DNA of 64,000 bases from an uncultured Candidatus Rokubacteria bacterium (GTDB taxonomy: Bacteria; Methylomirabilota; Methylomirabilia; Rokubacteriales; CSP1-6): NCBI GenBank assembly GCA_963762145.1, contig CAVXJS010000007.1, positions 96,001 to 160,000 of the forward strand. Reading direction: 5' to 3'. Position numbers and translations under genes: made by a program. The notes below the pieces were generated by a model. The model ran no database searches, was not told where the DNA came from, and was given only the letters and a program-made list of their open reading frames with translations. This document shows positions 1 to 9,309 of the stretch, piece after piece. Each line of letters opens with the position of its first letter. Positions within the stretch are counted from its first letter, which is position 1.

Positions 1-275
1 CGCGCTTCCAGGACCTCGACCGCCGACCGGGCCATGTCGCGCGCGGCCTCCTTGAGCACCGGATCGTCCACGAGGGCACCGCGCAAAGTTTGCCGGAGCG
101 GCTCCTGGATTCCGGGAATTCCGTCGCGCACGCCCTGCATGGCCCCGCTGGCCGCGCTCTGGGCGGTGGTCCGGTAGTAGTCCTGGGACACGCAGCCGCC
201 CAGCAGCGCCAGGGCGAGGAGCCCGGGCCCGGCGGCCCGGCAGATGGGACGACAGCGGGTGATCGCGACGCGCAT
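1..275 (-). CDS. Lipoprotein of unknown function (runs off the window start; 3' end missing)
   Basis: Manual translation: MRVAITRCRPICRAAGPGLLALALLGGCVSQDYYRTTAQSAASGAMQGVRDGIP...; LGGC lipobox; GGAG RBS upstream of ATG at 275; no stop inside the window. Confidence 0.7.
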   Translation of the reverse strand, partial: MRVAITRCRPICRAAGPGLLALALLGGCVSQDYYRTTAQSAASGAMQGVRDGIPGIQEPLRQTLRGALVDDPVLKEAARDMARSAVEVLEA

Positions 276-360
276 GCTCGTTCTCCCGGCACGGATATCG
301 GAGGGTGGTGGCCCATTCGTCTAGCACACGGGGGATGGAGCCCGCAAGGGCGCTGCTCAC

Positions 361-388
361 TTGACGGGCCGCAATTTCCGTCTAGACT
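361..388 (+). promoter_or_regulatory. Putative sigma70 promoter for the CHASE2 operon
   Basis: TTGACG-N16-TAGACT upstream of GGAGG RBS and GTG at 416. Confidence 0.55.
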
Positions 389-415
389 GTTGGGACATTT
401 CGGTACGGAGGTCGC

Positions 416-2221
416 GTGAGTCAGCCCCTCGCAGGAGACGGATCAGCGGAGATCGACTCCGCGTCCGTCGGTGTCCGGCGGCCCGGTCCCGGGACGCGCG
501 CCCTCGCGCAATTCCTTTTTCTCTCCGCCATCGGCGTCCTGCTCTTCATGTTCCACGGCATCTCGCTCCACCTCACGCCGTGGTCCCAGGCGATCGTCAA
601 CGGCATCGTGAAGTACGCGTACCCGCCCAAAGGGCAGAACGACACCACGGTGGTCCTGTTCCGGGAAGAGAACCTGGCCGAGCTCGCGGAGTCCTTTCCG
701 GTGTCCTACGCGCGGCACGCGGAGGTGCTGGAGGCGCTGTCGGTGTACCGGCCCCGCGCGGTGTTCGTGGACTTCGCCTTCATCGACGCGCGCAGCCCCG
801 AGGACCAGGCTGCGCTCGGACGCGCCATCTGCGATCTCAACGCGCGGGGAAAGGTGCCGGTCTACCTGGCCGCGCCCGCGCCCAGCTCCGACCGCGACCA
901 GGGCGCCCCGATCAACGCGCGCCTGCTCGAGTGCGCGGAGCCGGTGAACGCGCAGATGGACGTCGAGCGCGGGGTGAGCGGCGTGCTCACCTATCTCCAC
1001 GGGAACCGGCCCGGCGGCGGGGACGCCCGGTTCCGGTGGACGCCCGCCTTCGCGATGTACGATGCGCGCGAGCGCCTCGCGTCGCGCCCGCGCCTCGCGC
1101 CCGAGGACGCGCAGCCGATGGAGATCATCTGGGGCAACCTCGCCTCGAAGCTCAACGAGAGCTGGATGCACTGCACGAGCGAGGCGGCCCTGTGGCACCT
1201 CTTCAACATCCTCCGGGAGAACCCGCTCGCGGCCAAGCGCACGTGCCCGCACACCAACACCATCTCGGTGGTGCACCTCCTGGGGCCGCACAACGAGGGC
1301 GTGCGCCGGGCCGTCGAGGACAAAGCGATCTTCTACGGGGGCAACTTCCAGATGGTCGGCGACCGGGTGATCTCGCCGGTCTACGACGATCTGCCCGGCG
1401 TCTACCTGCACGCGATGGCCTACGACAACCTGGTGACCTTCGGCTCGACCTACAAGCGGGCCGATCACCACGGGCTCTCGCTGTCGAGCGTGGTCAACGG
1501 GCTGCTCCTCCTCTTCACGGTGGTTCTGCTGCTGCTGGTGGACAAGCCGCCCGCGTTCGCCCGGGCCCTGCTCGGCCAGCTCGCGACGGTCAGCCCGTGG
1601 ATCAAGTGGCTGGCCCTCGGCGGTGCCCTGCTGCTGATCGGCGTCACGATCGCGTTCCCCACGAGCCTCGCCGCGGTGCTGCTGCTCCTGCCGCTGCTCC
1701 TGGGCATGGTCGCGGTCCTGCACCTGGCCGCCACGCGCCCGCCGCAGCCCACCACCGCGCGGCAGTTCCTGCGCGTCTGCGCGCTCGGGATCGGCATCCT
1801 GGTGGTGGCGGCGGTGATGTTCCTCGTCGTGGATACCCGCTACGGGATCGAGGCGGGCCTGCTGCTCGTGGTGCTGCCCGGCTACTTCGTCTACAAGGCG
1901 CTGGTGGCGCGCGACGTGCTCTTCGTGGCGACGTCGGGCTTGCTCGTCGCGGCCGCGGTGGTGAGCTTCCTGCCCCCGATCAACCTGGGCCCCCGCAACA
2001 TCGTGGCCTACGTGGCTTTCTTCGAGATCGCGCGGCATCTCATGCGGCACGCCGACGAGGCGGCCGAGAAGTACTTCGCGCTCCGTCGAGCCCATCCGCG
2101 GCCCGAGGAGTGGGGCGTCGGGGCCGGAGTGCTCGGCGCCGTGGACTGGCTGTTCACCCTGTGCTGCCGCGGTGATCACGAGGAGACGAGGCATGAGAGG
2201 ACGACGCATGCGGTGGCGTGA
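416..2221 (+). CDS. CHASE2 domain-containing multi-pass membrane protein
   Basis: N-terminal TM, CHASE2-like motifs (VVLF.E..L....FP, RAVFVDFAF, GDRVISPV...LPGVYLHAMAYDNL), then about 7 TM segments; GGAGG RBS. Confidence 0.85.
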   Translation: MSQPLAGDGSAEIDSASVGVRRPGPGTRALAQFLFLSAIGVLLFMFHGISLHLTPWSQAIVNGIVKYAYPPKGQNDTTVVLFREENLAELAESFPVSYARHAEVLEALSVYRPRAVFVDFAFIDARSPEDQAALGRAICDLNARGKVPVYLAAPAPSSDRDQGAPINARLLECAEPVNAQMDVERGVSGVLTYLHGNRPGGGDARFRWTPAFAMYDARERLASRPRLAPEDAQPMEIIWGNLASKLNESWMHCTSEAALWHLFNILRENPLAAKRTCPHTNTISVVHLLGPHNEGVRRAVEDKAIFYGGNFQMVGDRVISPVYDDLPGVYLHAMAYDNLVTFGSTYKRADHHGLSLSSVVNGLLLLFTVVLLLLVDKPPAFARALLGQLATVSPWIKWLALGGALLLIGVTIAFPTSLAAVLLLLPLLLGMVAVLHLAATRPPQPTTARQFLRVCALGIGILVVAAVMFLVVDTRYGIEAGLLLVVLPGYFVYKALVARDVLFVATSGLLVAAAVVSFLPPINLGPRNIVAYVAFFEIARHLMRHADEAAEKYFALRRAHPRPEEWGVGAGVLGAVDWLFTLCCRGDHEETRHERTTHAVA

Positions 2222-2606
2222 GGCCCTCGCGGTCTCGCTGGTTCTCCTGGGTGGGGGCGGCGCGGGCCTGGCCGCCGCGCCGGGGACCGAGACCTTCAGC
2301 GTCAAGGGCCTGCGCACCGACAAGGTGACGCTCTACGACTGCAACAAGGAGAAGGACAAGCGCCGCGCGGTGAAGGAAGTGACCCGGGACAAGTTCGTCG
2401 GCCCGTGGCCGGCGATCCGCGACCCCGATTCGCCGCTCTATCTCAAGGTCCAGGTGGAGCAGGTCGAGTACTGCGTCCGGGCCTTCGCGGTCGATACCGA
2501 CAAGACGGTGACGATCCAGAAAGACATGGAGTGCCGCGCCATGGTGGCCGGCAAGCAGCCCAAGACCGGCGCCACGCGCGGCGTGGGCGAGGAGTGTGGG
2601 AAGTGA
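2193..2606 (+). CDS. Small secreted protein with four Cys and C-terminal GATRGVGEEC tail
   Basis: AGGAG RBS before ATG 2193; signal peptide; overlaps the CHASE2 gene end and the next start (GTGA). Confidence 0.75.
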   Translation: MRGRRMRWREALAVSLVLLGGGGAGLAAAPGTETFSVKGLRTDKVTLYDCNKEKDKRRAVKEVTRDKFVGPWPAIRDPDSPLYLKVQVEQVEYCVRAFAVDTDKTVTIQKDMECRAMVAGKQPKTGATRGVGEECGK

Positions 2607-4078
2607 TCCGTCGCCTCGGGCTGGCGCTGGCGCTGCTCGCGCTCGCGGGCTGCGCGGCGACCGGCCCCGGCAAGGAGGGCGGCGGCGTGGCGGTCCCGGC
2701 GTGGATGGGCGGCAAGCCCGCCAACGTGACCGTGCTCTCCACCATCAAGGCCGGCCCGTACGAGCCGTCCACCCTGGCGATCGGCGAGGCGAAGGACATC
2801 GCCCAGCACCGGGGCGACGGCCTGGGGTTCGTGCGATCGGCCGCGCTGGAGCAGTATCTCAACGAAACGCGGGCGCGGATCATCGCGGCCTCCGGCCGGA
2901 CCGGGGTGCCGGGACGGGTGGTGATCCTCGCCAATCCCGGCTTCGTCGCGTTCTCGACGCCCGACGGCAACGTGTACCTCGCGATGGGGCTGATCGAGAC
3001 GCTCGAGAACGGGGACGAGGTGTCGGCGATCCTCGCCCACGAGACCGCCCACGTGCTGCTCAAGCACCACACCTCGGACGTGGTCGCCGACATGCAGAAG
3101 AAGGGGCAGGCTCTGTTCGAGCTCGGGGTGGGGACCAAGGCGGCGCTCGGCGGCCGGAGCACGGTGAGCAAGAGCGATGCCCGGACGATCCAGCAGGTGC
3201 AGCTCGCCACCGACGCGACCGACAAGCTCGTGCTGCCCGCGTGGGGCCGCGGCCAGGAGCGGGAGGCGGATCTCCTCGCGGTGGACCTGCTCGTGGAGAC
3301 CGGGCAGTCGTCGCCCGCGGTGGTGACCATGCTCGAGAAGCTGCAGGCGTGGGAGAAGGCCACCGCGGAGACCGACGAGGCGTTCTGGAATCGAGTGAAC
3401 CAGGCCTCGCAGCGGAACGTCAACGAGGCGATGGGCATGGCGTACCAGAAGATGCTCAGCTCGGTGTCGGTGAACCATCCCAAGACCGAGGAGCGGATCA
3501 CCGAGACCGCGGAGTACTTCGAGCGCCACTACGGCAGCCGCGCGCTGGTCGAGCCCGCGAGCGCACCGTGGAAGGCGCTCCGCGCGCGGCCCGAGGTCGC
3601 CCTCGTGCTGCGGAACTACCGCCAGGCGTTCCTGGCCAAGAAGCTGCTCGACCACGGCAAGTACCAGGAGGCCTACACCACCGCGCGGACCGCGATCGCC
3701 GGGCGCACCGCCACCGACGCGTACCCGAACTGGGTGCTCGCGCGCGCGGCCTTCGCGCTCGGCCGCTCGCGGGAGGGCATCGAGGCGCTCCGGCGGGCGG
3801 TCACCTCGGCCGAGCCGGTGCCGAACGTCTACGAGGATCTGATCGTGGCCCACGAGGGCGCCGGCAACCTGCCCGCGGCGCTCGAGTGGACCGACCAGGC
3901 TTCGAAGACCTTCGGCGGCGCTCCGCGCTGGATGCTGCACAAGATCCGCCTGCTCCGCAAGACGGCCCGGGTGGCGGAGGCGAACAGCGCGACCATCGAC
4001 TGCTCGCTGAACGCGCCGGACTGGAAGCGCCTCTGCCAGGAGGCCAACGCGACGCCGGCCGGGCGCGCCGCGCGCTAG
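2603..4078 (+). CDS. M48 family zinc metalloprotease lipoprotein with C-terminal TPR-like helices
   Basis: LAGC lipobox, AFSTPDG, AHETAH (HExxH), QEREAD, NHP; GTG overlaps upstream TGA. Confidence 0.88.
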   Translation: MIRRLGLALALLALAGCAATGPGKEGGGVAVPAWMGGKPANVTVLSTIKAGPYEPSTLAIGEAKDIAQHRGDGLGFVRSAALEQYLNETRARIIAASGRTGVPGRVVILANPGFVAFSTPDGNVYLAMGLIETLENGDEVSAILAHETAHVLLKHHTSDVVADMQKKGQALFELGVGTKAALGGRSTVSKSDARTIQQVQLATDATDKLVLPAWGRGQEREADLLAVDLLVETGQSSPAVVTMLEKLQAWEKATAETDEAFWNRVNQASQRNVNEAMGMAYQKMLSSVSVNHPKTEERITETAEYFERHYGSRALVEPASAPWKALRARPEVALVLRNYRQAFLAKKLLDHGKYQEAYTTARTAIAGRTATDAYPNWVLARAAFALGRSREGIEALRRAVTSAEPVPNVYEDLIVAHEGAGNLPAALEWTDQASKTFGGAPRWMLHKIRLLRKTARVAEANSATIDCSLNAPDWKRLCQEANATPAGRAAR

Positions 4079-4090
4079 CCGTCGCTGCGG

Positions 4091-4828
4091 TCAGCCGGCC
4101 AGGTCGAGGACCATGGCCGCGTGATCGCTGGCCGGCCGTCCGGTGAGACGGGACAGGCGGCCCCAGTCGTAACGGAATCGGCGGAGCCGGGGCTGGAGCG
4201 CGCGGTTGAGGAAGGCCTGGTCGATCCGGAATCCGTTCCCGCCGTTCGGGGAGTACCAGGTGTAGGCCCGCGCGGCGCCCCGCAGGTGTCGGTAGGCGTC
4301 GGTCCAGCCCGCCTGGTCGAGCTCGCGCATCCAGCCGTCCTCGATCCGGTTGAACGCGGGGACCTGCTCGTCCAGGCCGATGCGGCCGGAGTTCGTATCC
4401 CCGAGCAGCAGCGCGGGGGTGGCCCAGCGCCGCTGCGCGGTGCTGAGCACCGCATCGAGGAACGGGTACTTGCGCCCCCCGACCCGGTTGGGCACGTGCA
4501 TCACGCCGAGCGCGAGTGGCTCCGGGGCCAGGACCCGGGCCAGCAGCCAGCGACACGGCTCGCTGGGGGCGCAGGGGAGGCGGAGCCGGCGCAGCGGCCA
4601 GCGCGAGGCCAGCAGCAGGCCGTTGACCCCGGGCCGCACCGGATCCGCGGTGCTCCACTGGTGGGGGAGCCCGAGCCGGGCGAGGTCGCGGGCCAGCTCC
4701 CCGCTGGGCGGCGTGCCGCGGAACTCGGCCAGCGCCACCGCGTCGGCCTCCCAGACCGCGATCTGCCGCGCGATGGCGGCGGCGCGCACGCCGCCGCCCG
4801 CGCGGATGTTCCAGAAGACGACCCGCAT
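4091..4828 (-). CDS. Endonuclease/exonuclease/phosphatase (ExoIII-like) family protein
   Basis: WNIR, LGDTN, YTWY, RIDQ, SDHA motifs. Confidence 0.85.
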   Translation of the reverse strand: MRVVFWNIRAGGGVRAAAIARQIAVWEADAVALAEFRGTPPSGELARDLARLGLPHQWSTADPVRPGVNGLLLASRWPLRRLRLPCAPSEPCRWLLARVLAPEPLALGVMHVPNRVGGRKYPFLDAVLSTAQRRWATPALLLGDTNSGRIGLDEQVPAFNRIEDGWMRELDQAGWTDAYRHLRGAARAYTWYSPNGGNGFRIDQAFLNRALQPRLRRFRYDWGRLSRLTGRPASDHAAMVLDLAG

Positions 4829-4841
4829 GCGGGAGCTCGGG

Positions 4842-6464
4842 CTACTTGTCGAGCCAGACTTCCTGGAGCCGGCAGCAGTTGTAGGTGACCTGATTCAGGA
4901 TCAGGTTCTTCACGTACGGGTAATGCGCGAAGCGGTCGGTGCGCCAGCCCATGGTGGGCCGCGCCGCGTCGTCCTCGAGCTTCTTCTGGAGCTGCCAGAC
5001 GAGGGCGAGGCGCTTCTTCTGGTCGATCTCCTGGGACTGCTGCTCGATGAGACGCGTCACTTCCTCGTTGCAGTAGTCCCCGTAGTTCCGGGGAGATCCG
5101 CAGGCGTAGTTCTCGTAGAAGTTCGCGTCGGGATCGTCGACGCCGAGGCCGGTGAGGTTGGTGCCCATGAGGAACTCCCGGCGGGTGACCATCGGGTGCC
5201 ACTGCGCGGTGTCCACCTGCTTGAGCGTGCCCTCGATCCCGACCTGCTTGAGGTCGCTCATGACGAAGGCCGAGAAGTCGAGGTAGATCGCGATCGCGCG
5301 CGTGACCACCTCGAGCTTGAGCGGGTTGCCGGGCCCGAAACCGGCCTCCGCGAGCAGCTTCTTGGCGGTGGCGCGGCCCTCCGCGGCCCCGCCGTAGCCC
5401 GGAAGCTGGGCGAGATCCTTCTCGAGCAGGCCCCAGACGCCCCACGGCTTGGGCGCCAGCGAAGCGCCGATGACCGCGGCCCCGCGATGCACGGTCTGGG
5501 TGTAGGCGCGGCGGTCGATCGCGAAGCTGAGCGCGCGCCGCACCTTGACGTTGTCGAAGGGCGGCTTCTTGGTGTTGAGCAGGAGGTTCTCGCTGACATT
5601 GCTCGCGGTCTCCGTAAAGACCATGCTCGGGACCGCGCCCTTGAGCTGCTCCGCGATGGAGAGCGTGGTCTCGCCCGGATAGGCCACGTCGATCTGGTTC
5701 GCCTGGAGCGCGGCCACCCGCGTGCCGCGCTCGACGATGACGGTGTAGCGCACGGCGTCGAGGTACGGGCGGCCCTTGACGAAGTAATCGGGGTTGCGGA
5801 CCAGATCGACAGACTGGCCGCGCTTCCACTCCTTGAACTTGAAGGGGCCGGTGCCGATGCAGCGCGAGCGGTGCTCCGGGATCGGCACGTGGGCCGGGAT
5901 CACCGGCGAGTACCCGGAGGCGAGCATGGCCACCAGCGAGGGCTGGGGCCGCTTGAGCCGGAACACCACCGTGTACGGATCGGGGGCCTCGATCGCGTCC
6001 ACGTTGGCGTACCACTCTTTCCTCGGGTTGATCCGCAGCTTCGCGGGGGCGTCGGCGGCCTCGCGCACGGTGTCGAAGGTGAACTTCACGTCCTTCGAGG
6101 TGAAGGGCTGGCCGTCGTGCCACTTCACGTCTTTTCGCAGAAAGAACACCAGGTTCCGATAGTTGTCCTGCCACGACCACTTCTCGGCCAGCTCCGGGAC
6201 GATGGTCTCCATGCGGCCGAGCCGCTTCGTCTGGTCGTAGATGACGAGGTTGCTGTAGCAGGGCATGGACGGCCACGTGACCGAGTTGGTCGCGGACTCG
6301 TGGATGGAGAAGCCCTGCGGCAGGTCCTCGCGCAGTACCAGGCGCAGGGTGCCGCCCGGCTTGCCCTCTTGCACCGCGGGCGCCGGGGCCTGCGCGGCGG
6401 CGGGCAGCACGGCGAGGCCGGAGAGGATCAGGAGGAGCGCGAGGGAACGCGCGGCGCTGGGCAT
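4842..6464 (-). CDS. ABC transporter substrate-binding protein, family 5 (peptide/nickel)
   Basis: Signal peptide; GGTLR, LAEKWS, KWHDGQPFTSKDV, GTGPFK motifs. Confidence 0.92.
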   Translation of the reverse strand: MPSAARSLALLLILSGLAVLPAAAQAPAPAVQEGKPGGTLRLVLREDLPQGFSIHESATNSVTWPSMPCYSNLVIYDQTKRLGRMETIVPELAEKWSWQDNYRNLVFFLRKDVKWHDGQPFTSKDVKFTFDTVREAADAPAKLRINPRKEWYANVDAIEAPDPYTVVFRLKRPQPSLVAMLASGYSPVIPAHVPIPEHRSRCIGTGPFKFKEWKRGQSVDLVRNPDYFVKGRPYLDAVRYTVIVERGTRVAALQANQIDVAYPGETTLSIAEQLKGAVPSMVFTETASNVSENLLLNTKKPPFDNVKVRRALSFAIDRRAYTQTVHRGAAVIGASLAPKPWGVWGLLEKDLAQLPGYGGAAEGRATAKKLLAEAGFGPGNPLKLEVVTRAIAIYLDFSAFVMSDLKQVGIEGTLKQVDTAQWHPMVTRREFLMGTNLTGLGVDDPDANFYENYACGSPRNYGDYCNEEVTRLIEQQSQEIDQKKRLALVWQLQKKLEDDAARPTMGWRTDRFAHYPYVKNLILNQVTYNCCRLQEVWLDK

Positions 6465-6496
6465 GAGGGAGTCTCCTTGCAGAGCTGGATCGGGAA

Positions 6497-6546
6497 CCCC
6501 CTCACCCTGCCCTCTCCCCCTGGGCGGGGGAGAGGGTGGGGAAGGG
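6497..6546. repeat. REP-like palindrome (CCCCTCACCC.GCCCTCTCCCC...GGGGAGAGGG family)
   Basis: Same motif recurs at 36489, 38183 and 40452; intergenic hairpin. Confidence 0.75.
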
Positions 6547-6554
6547 TCGAAGGA

Positions 6555-7478
6555 TCAGACCGTGACGGGCTTGTAGACCGGCATCCGCCACTCGGGGAAT
6601 CGCCGGTCCGTGCCCCGGACCACGTTCATGTAGGCGGTGAGCAGCCGCTGGGTGATGGGGCCGACGCCCCCGTCGCCGAGCGGGAACTTGTCCACCGAGA
6701 GGATCGGGGTGATCTCGTACCCACTGCCGCAGAAGAAGGCCTCGTCGGCCACGTAGAGCTCGGTGCGCGCGATGTCGCGCTCCACCACCTCCATGCCCAG
6801 CGCAGGCGCCACCGCGTCGATCAGGGTGGTGCGCGTGATGGACTCGAGGATGTCGCTGGTGATGGGCGGCGTCACGAGCTTGCCGCGGCGCACCATGAAG
6901 AACGTCGCGCCCGAGCCCTCCGCCACCGTGCCGTGCTGGTTCAGGAAGATCGGCGCGTCATAGCCGTCGGCCTTGGCCTGCAGCGTGGCGAGCCGCCCGT
7001 TCTGGTAGTTGGCGCCGCACTTGAGCCGGATCGGGATCGCGTTGTCGCTCGTGCGCTGCCAGGAGGTGATGCAGCACCGGAGCCCGTGGCCGTCGATGAT
7101 GCGGGCGCGCCGCCGGGGATTGATGTAGAGCCCGGTCGGGGTGGTCGAGTCGAGTCCCGCGGCGGCCACGTAGGCGACCAGGTGCATGTGGACGTCCTCG
7201 TGGATGTCGTTGCCGCGGAGCACCTCCCGCACCGCCTCGTAGAGGTCCATGTCGGTGTAGGGCACCGTGAAGCGCATCATCTTCATGGACTCGCGCAGGC
7301 GCGCGAAGTGCTCGCCGAGACGGAAGCAGTAGACCTCGCCGTCGGCCTCGTTCCAGTACGCCCGCAGCCCCTCGAACACGTTGGTCGCGTAGAACACGGC
7401 CGCGCTGTTCACGGGCAGGACGGCCTCGGCCTGCGGGACGAGCCGTCCGTTCATCCAGATCTTGAGGTCTGTCGCCAC
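6555..7478 (-). CDS. ilvE: Branched-chain amino acid aminotransferase (class IV PLP)
   Basis: VFEGLRAY, LKCGANY, AEGSGA.FF, ILESITR, ADEAFFCGS motifs; GGAGG RBS. Confidence 0.88.
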   Translation of the reverse strand: MATDLKIWMNGRLVPQAEAVLPVNSAAVFYATNVFEGLRAYWNEADGEVYCFRLGEHFARLRESMKMMRFTVPYTDMDLYEAVREVLRGNDIHEDVHMHLVAYVAAAGLDSTTPTGLYINPRRRARIIDGHGLRCCITSWQRTSDNAIPIRLKCGANYQNGRLATLQAKADGYDAPIFLNQHGTVAEGSGATFFMVRRGKLVTPPITSDILESITRTTLIDAVAPALGMEVVERDIARTELYVADEAFFCGSGYEITPILSVDKFPLGDGGVGPITQRLLTAYMNVVRGTDRRFPEWRMPVYKPVTV

Positions 7479-7536
7479 GATGGAATCCTCCGTTGTCGGC
7501 GCCCCTGCGCTGCGGCGCCCGACCGCAGAGAGAATA

Positions 7537-8382
7537 TCACCGATGGCGGGCGAGGTGGGAGAGGAGCGCGCGGGTGGCCGCCGCCGGGTCCTGGTCGGTC
7601 ACGAAGTGGCCGATCCCGGGCAGCACCTCGAACCGGAAGGGGCCGGTGACGAAGTCGGCGGTGAAGCGGGCCGCGGACGGGCCGACGGTGGCGTCGGCGT
7701 CGCCCCAGATGTAGAGCGTCGGCACCGTGACGGGGCCGACCTCCACCGCGGTGAGGGTCCCCGCGGCCCGGTACCAGGCGAGCGCGGCCTCCAGCGCCGC
7801 GGGCTCTCCCAGCACCGAGAGGTACTCGGCCACCGCGGCGTCCGGGACCCCCTGCTCGCCGAGGCGGGCCCGTAGCCGGCGCGCTCCATCCTCCAGGAGC
7901 CGCGGGCCGGTGGTCGGGTCGTGGAAGCTCTTGTGATGGCGGGAGCGGTGCCGCTGCTCGTCGGCGTTCTCCTTGAACGCCCGCCGGAAGGCCGCGGGAT
8001 GCGGGCGCGAGAGGACGGTGAGCGAGCGGATACGCGCCGGATGGCGGTGCGCGGTGACCCAGCTCACGTGCCCACCCCAGTCGTGGCCGACCAGATGGAA
8101 GGGCTCGCCGGGCCCGGCCACCGCGTCGGCCAGGTCCAGGACGTCGCGGACCAGGCGGTCGATCGCGTAGGCGTCGAGGCCGCGGGCGGGATCCGGCCGC
8201 ACCCCGGGGGAGTACCCGCGCTGGTCGGGCGCCACCGCGCGAAATCCGGCCGCGCCGAGCGCGGGGAGCTGGTGGCGCCAGGTGTGGCGCGTCTGCGGGT
8301 AGCCGTGGAGGAGGAGGACCAGCGGGCCGGGGCCGGGGCCGGTGGTGTCGGCGGTGAAGTGGCCTTCGGGGGTCGCGATCAT
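7537..8382 (-). CDS. Alpha/beta hydrolase (epoxide hydrolase-like)
   Basis: LLHGYP, DQRGYS, GHDWGG nucleophile elbow, GIGHF; ATGA overlap with transglutaminase stop. Confidence 0.9.
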   Translation of the reverse strand: MIATPEGHFTADTTGPGPGPLVLLLHGYPQTRHTWRHQLPALGAAGFRAVAPDQRGYSPGVRPDPARGLDAYAIDRLVRDVLDLADAVAGPGEPFHLVGHDWGGHVSWVTAHRHPARIRSLTVLSRPHPAAFRRAFKENADEQRHRSRHHKSFHDPTTGPRLLEDGARRLRARLGEQGVPDAAVAEYLSVLGEPAALEAALAWYRAAGTLTAVEVGPVTVPTLYIWGDADATVGPSAARFTADFVTGPFRFEVLPGIGHFVTDQDPAAATRALLSHLARHR

Positions 8383-9194
8383 GCGCTCTCGGAAAGCGGG
8401 CTGGTCCAGACCGTGAACTTCGTGAGCGTGGTGTTGCCGAACGAGGTGGTCAGCGCCACGTCCACCGCGTCGCGCCCGCGGCCCATCAGCACGCGGCCGA
8501 TGCGGGGCTCGTTGTGTCGGGCGTCCAGGGTGTGCCAGCCGTCGCCCAGGTAGACCTCGAGCCACGCCGAGAAGTCCATGGGATTGGGATCCGGCGGCAC
8601 GCCGATGTCGCCCAGGTATCCGGTGGCGTAGCGGGCCGGGACGTTGAGCGCGCGCAGGATCGTGATCGCGAGGTGCTGGAAGTCGCGACAGACCCCCTGC
8701 CGCTCGGTGAAGACGTCGAACGCGGTCTTGGTGGGGCGCGAGTACTGGTAGCCGAAGGTCACGTGCTCGTGCACCCAGTCCACCACCGCCTGCACCCGCT
8801 CCCAGGTCTCCGGCGTCTTGCCGAAGAGGTCCCAGGCGATGGCGGTCATCCGGTCCACCTCGCAGTAGCGGCTCGCGAGCAGATAGCGAAGGGAGTCGGG
8901 GGGCAGCGCCGCCACCGGGACCAGCGGCAGCCCCTCGATCGTGGGCTCGGGGCTCCCGCTGTCCGTCACCACGTTGTCGTAGCGGATCCGCAGGGTCCCG
9001 GCTGGCGCCAGTACCCGCGCGCCGCGGTTGCCGAACCAGTCGACGAAGCTCTCGACCGGGACCGCCGGCTCGACCACGATGCCCTCGGGCTGCTGGAGCG
9101 CGGGCGCCACCTCGGGACGGACGTAGAGCATCAGGAGCATCGGGGTGGGCTGGGGCACCTCGAAGACCAGCTCGTGCCCGATGCGGATCCGCAT
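8379..9194 (-). CDS. Transglutaminase-like family protein
   Basis: SRYC, GVCRDF, PARYATGYLGD, MDFSAWLEVY, DARHN, GRGRDA motifs. Confidence 0.9.
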   Translation of the reverse strand: MRIRIGHELVFEVPQPTPMLLMLYVRPEVAPALQQPEGIVVEPAVPVESFVDWFGNRGARVLAPAGTLRIRYDNVVTDSGSPEPTIEGLPLVPVAALPPDSLRYLLASRYCEVDRMTAIAWDLFGKTPETWERVQAVVDWVHEHVTFGYQYSRPTKTAFDVFTERQGVCRDFQHLAITILRALNVPARYATGYLGDIGVPPDPNPMDFSAWLEVYLGDGWHTLDARHNEPRIGRVLMGRGRDAVDVALTTSFGNTTLTKFTVWTSPLSESA

Positions 9195-9309
9195 GGCTCA
9201 CGGTAATCCCCGTCCGTGTGGCGGTCAATCGCATCGCGGCCGGTTCTGGTAACATACTGCTCCGGATGCCCAGAATCGGAGCAGGGCCCCGCAGCGGAGC
9301 CGGCACGCC

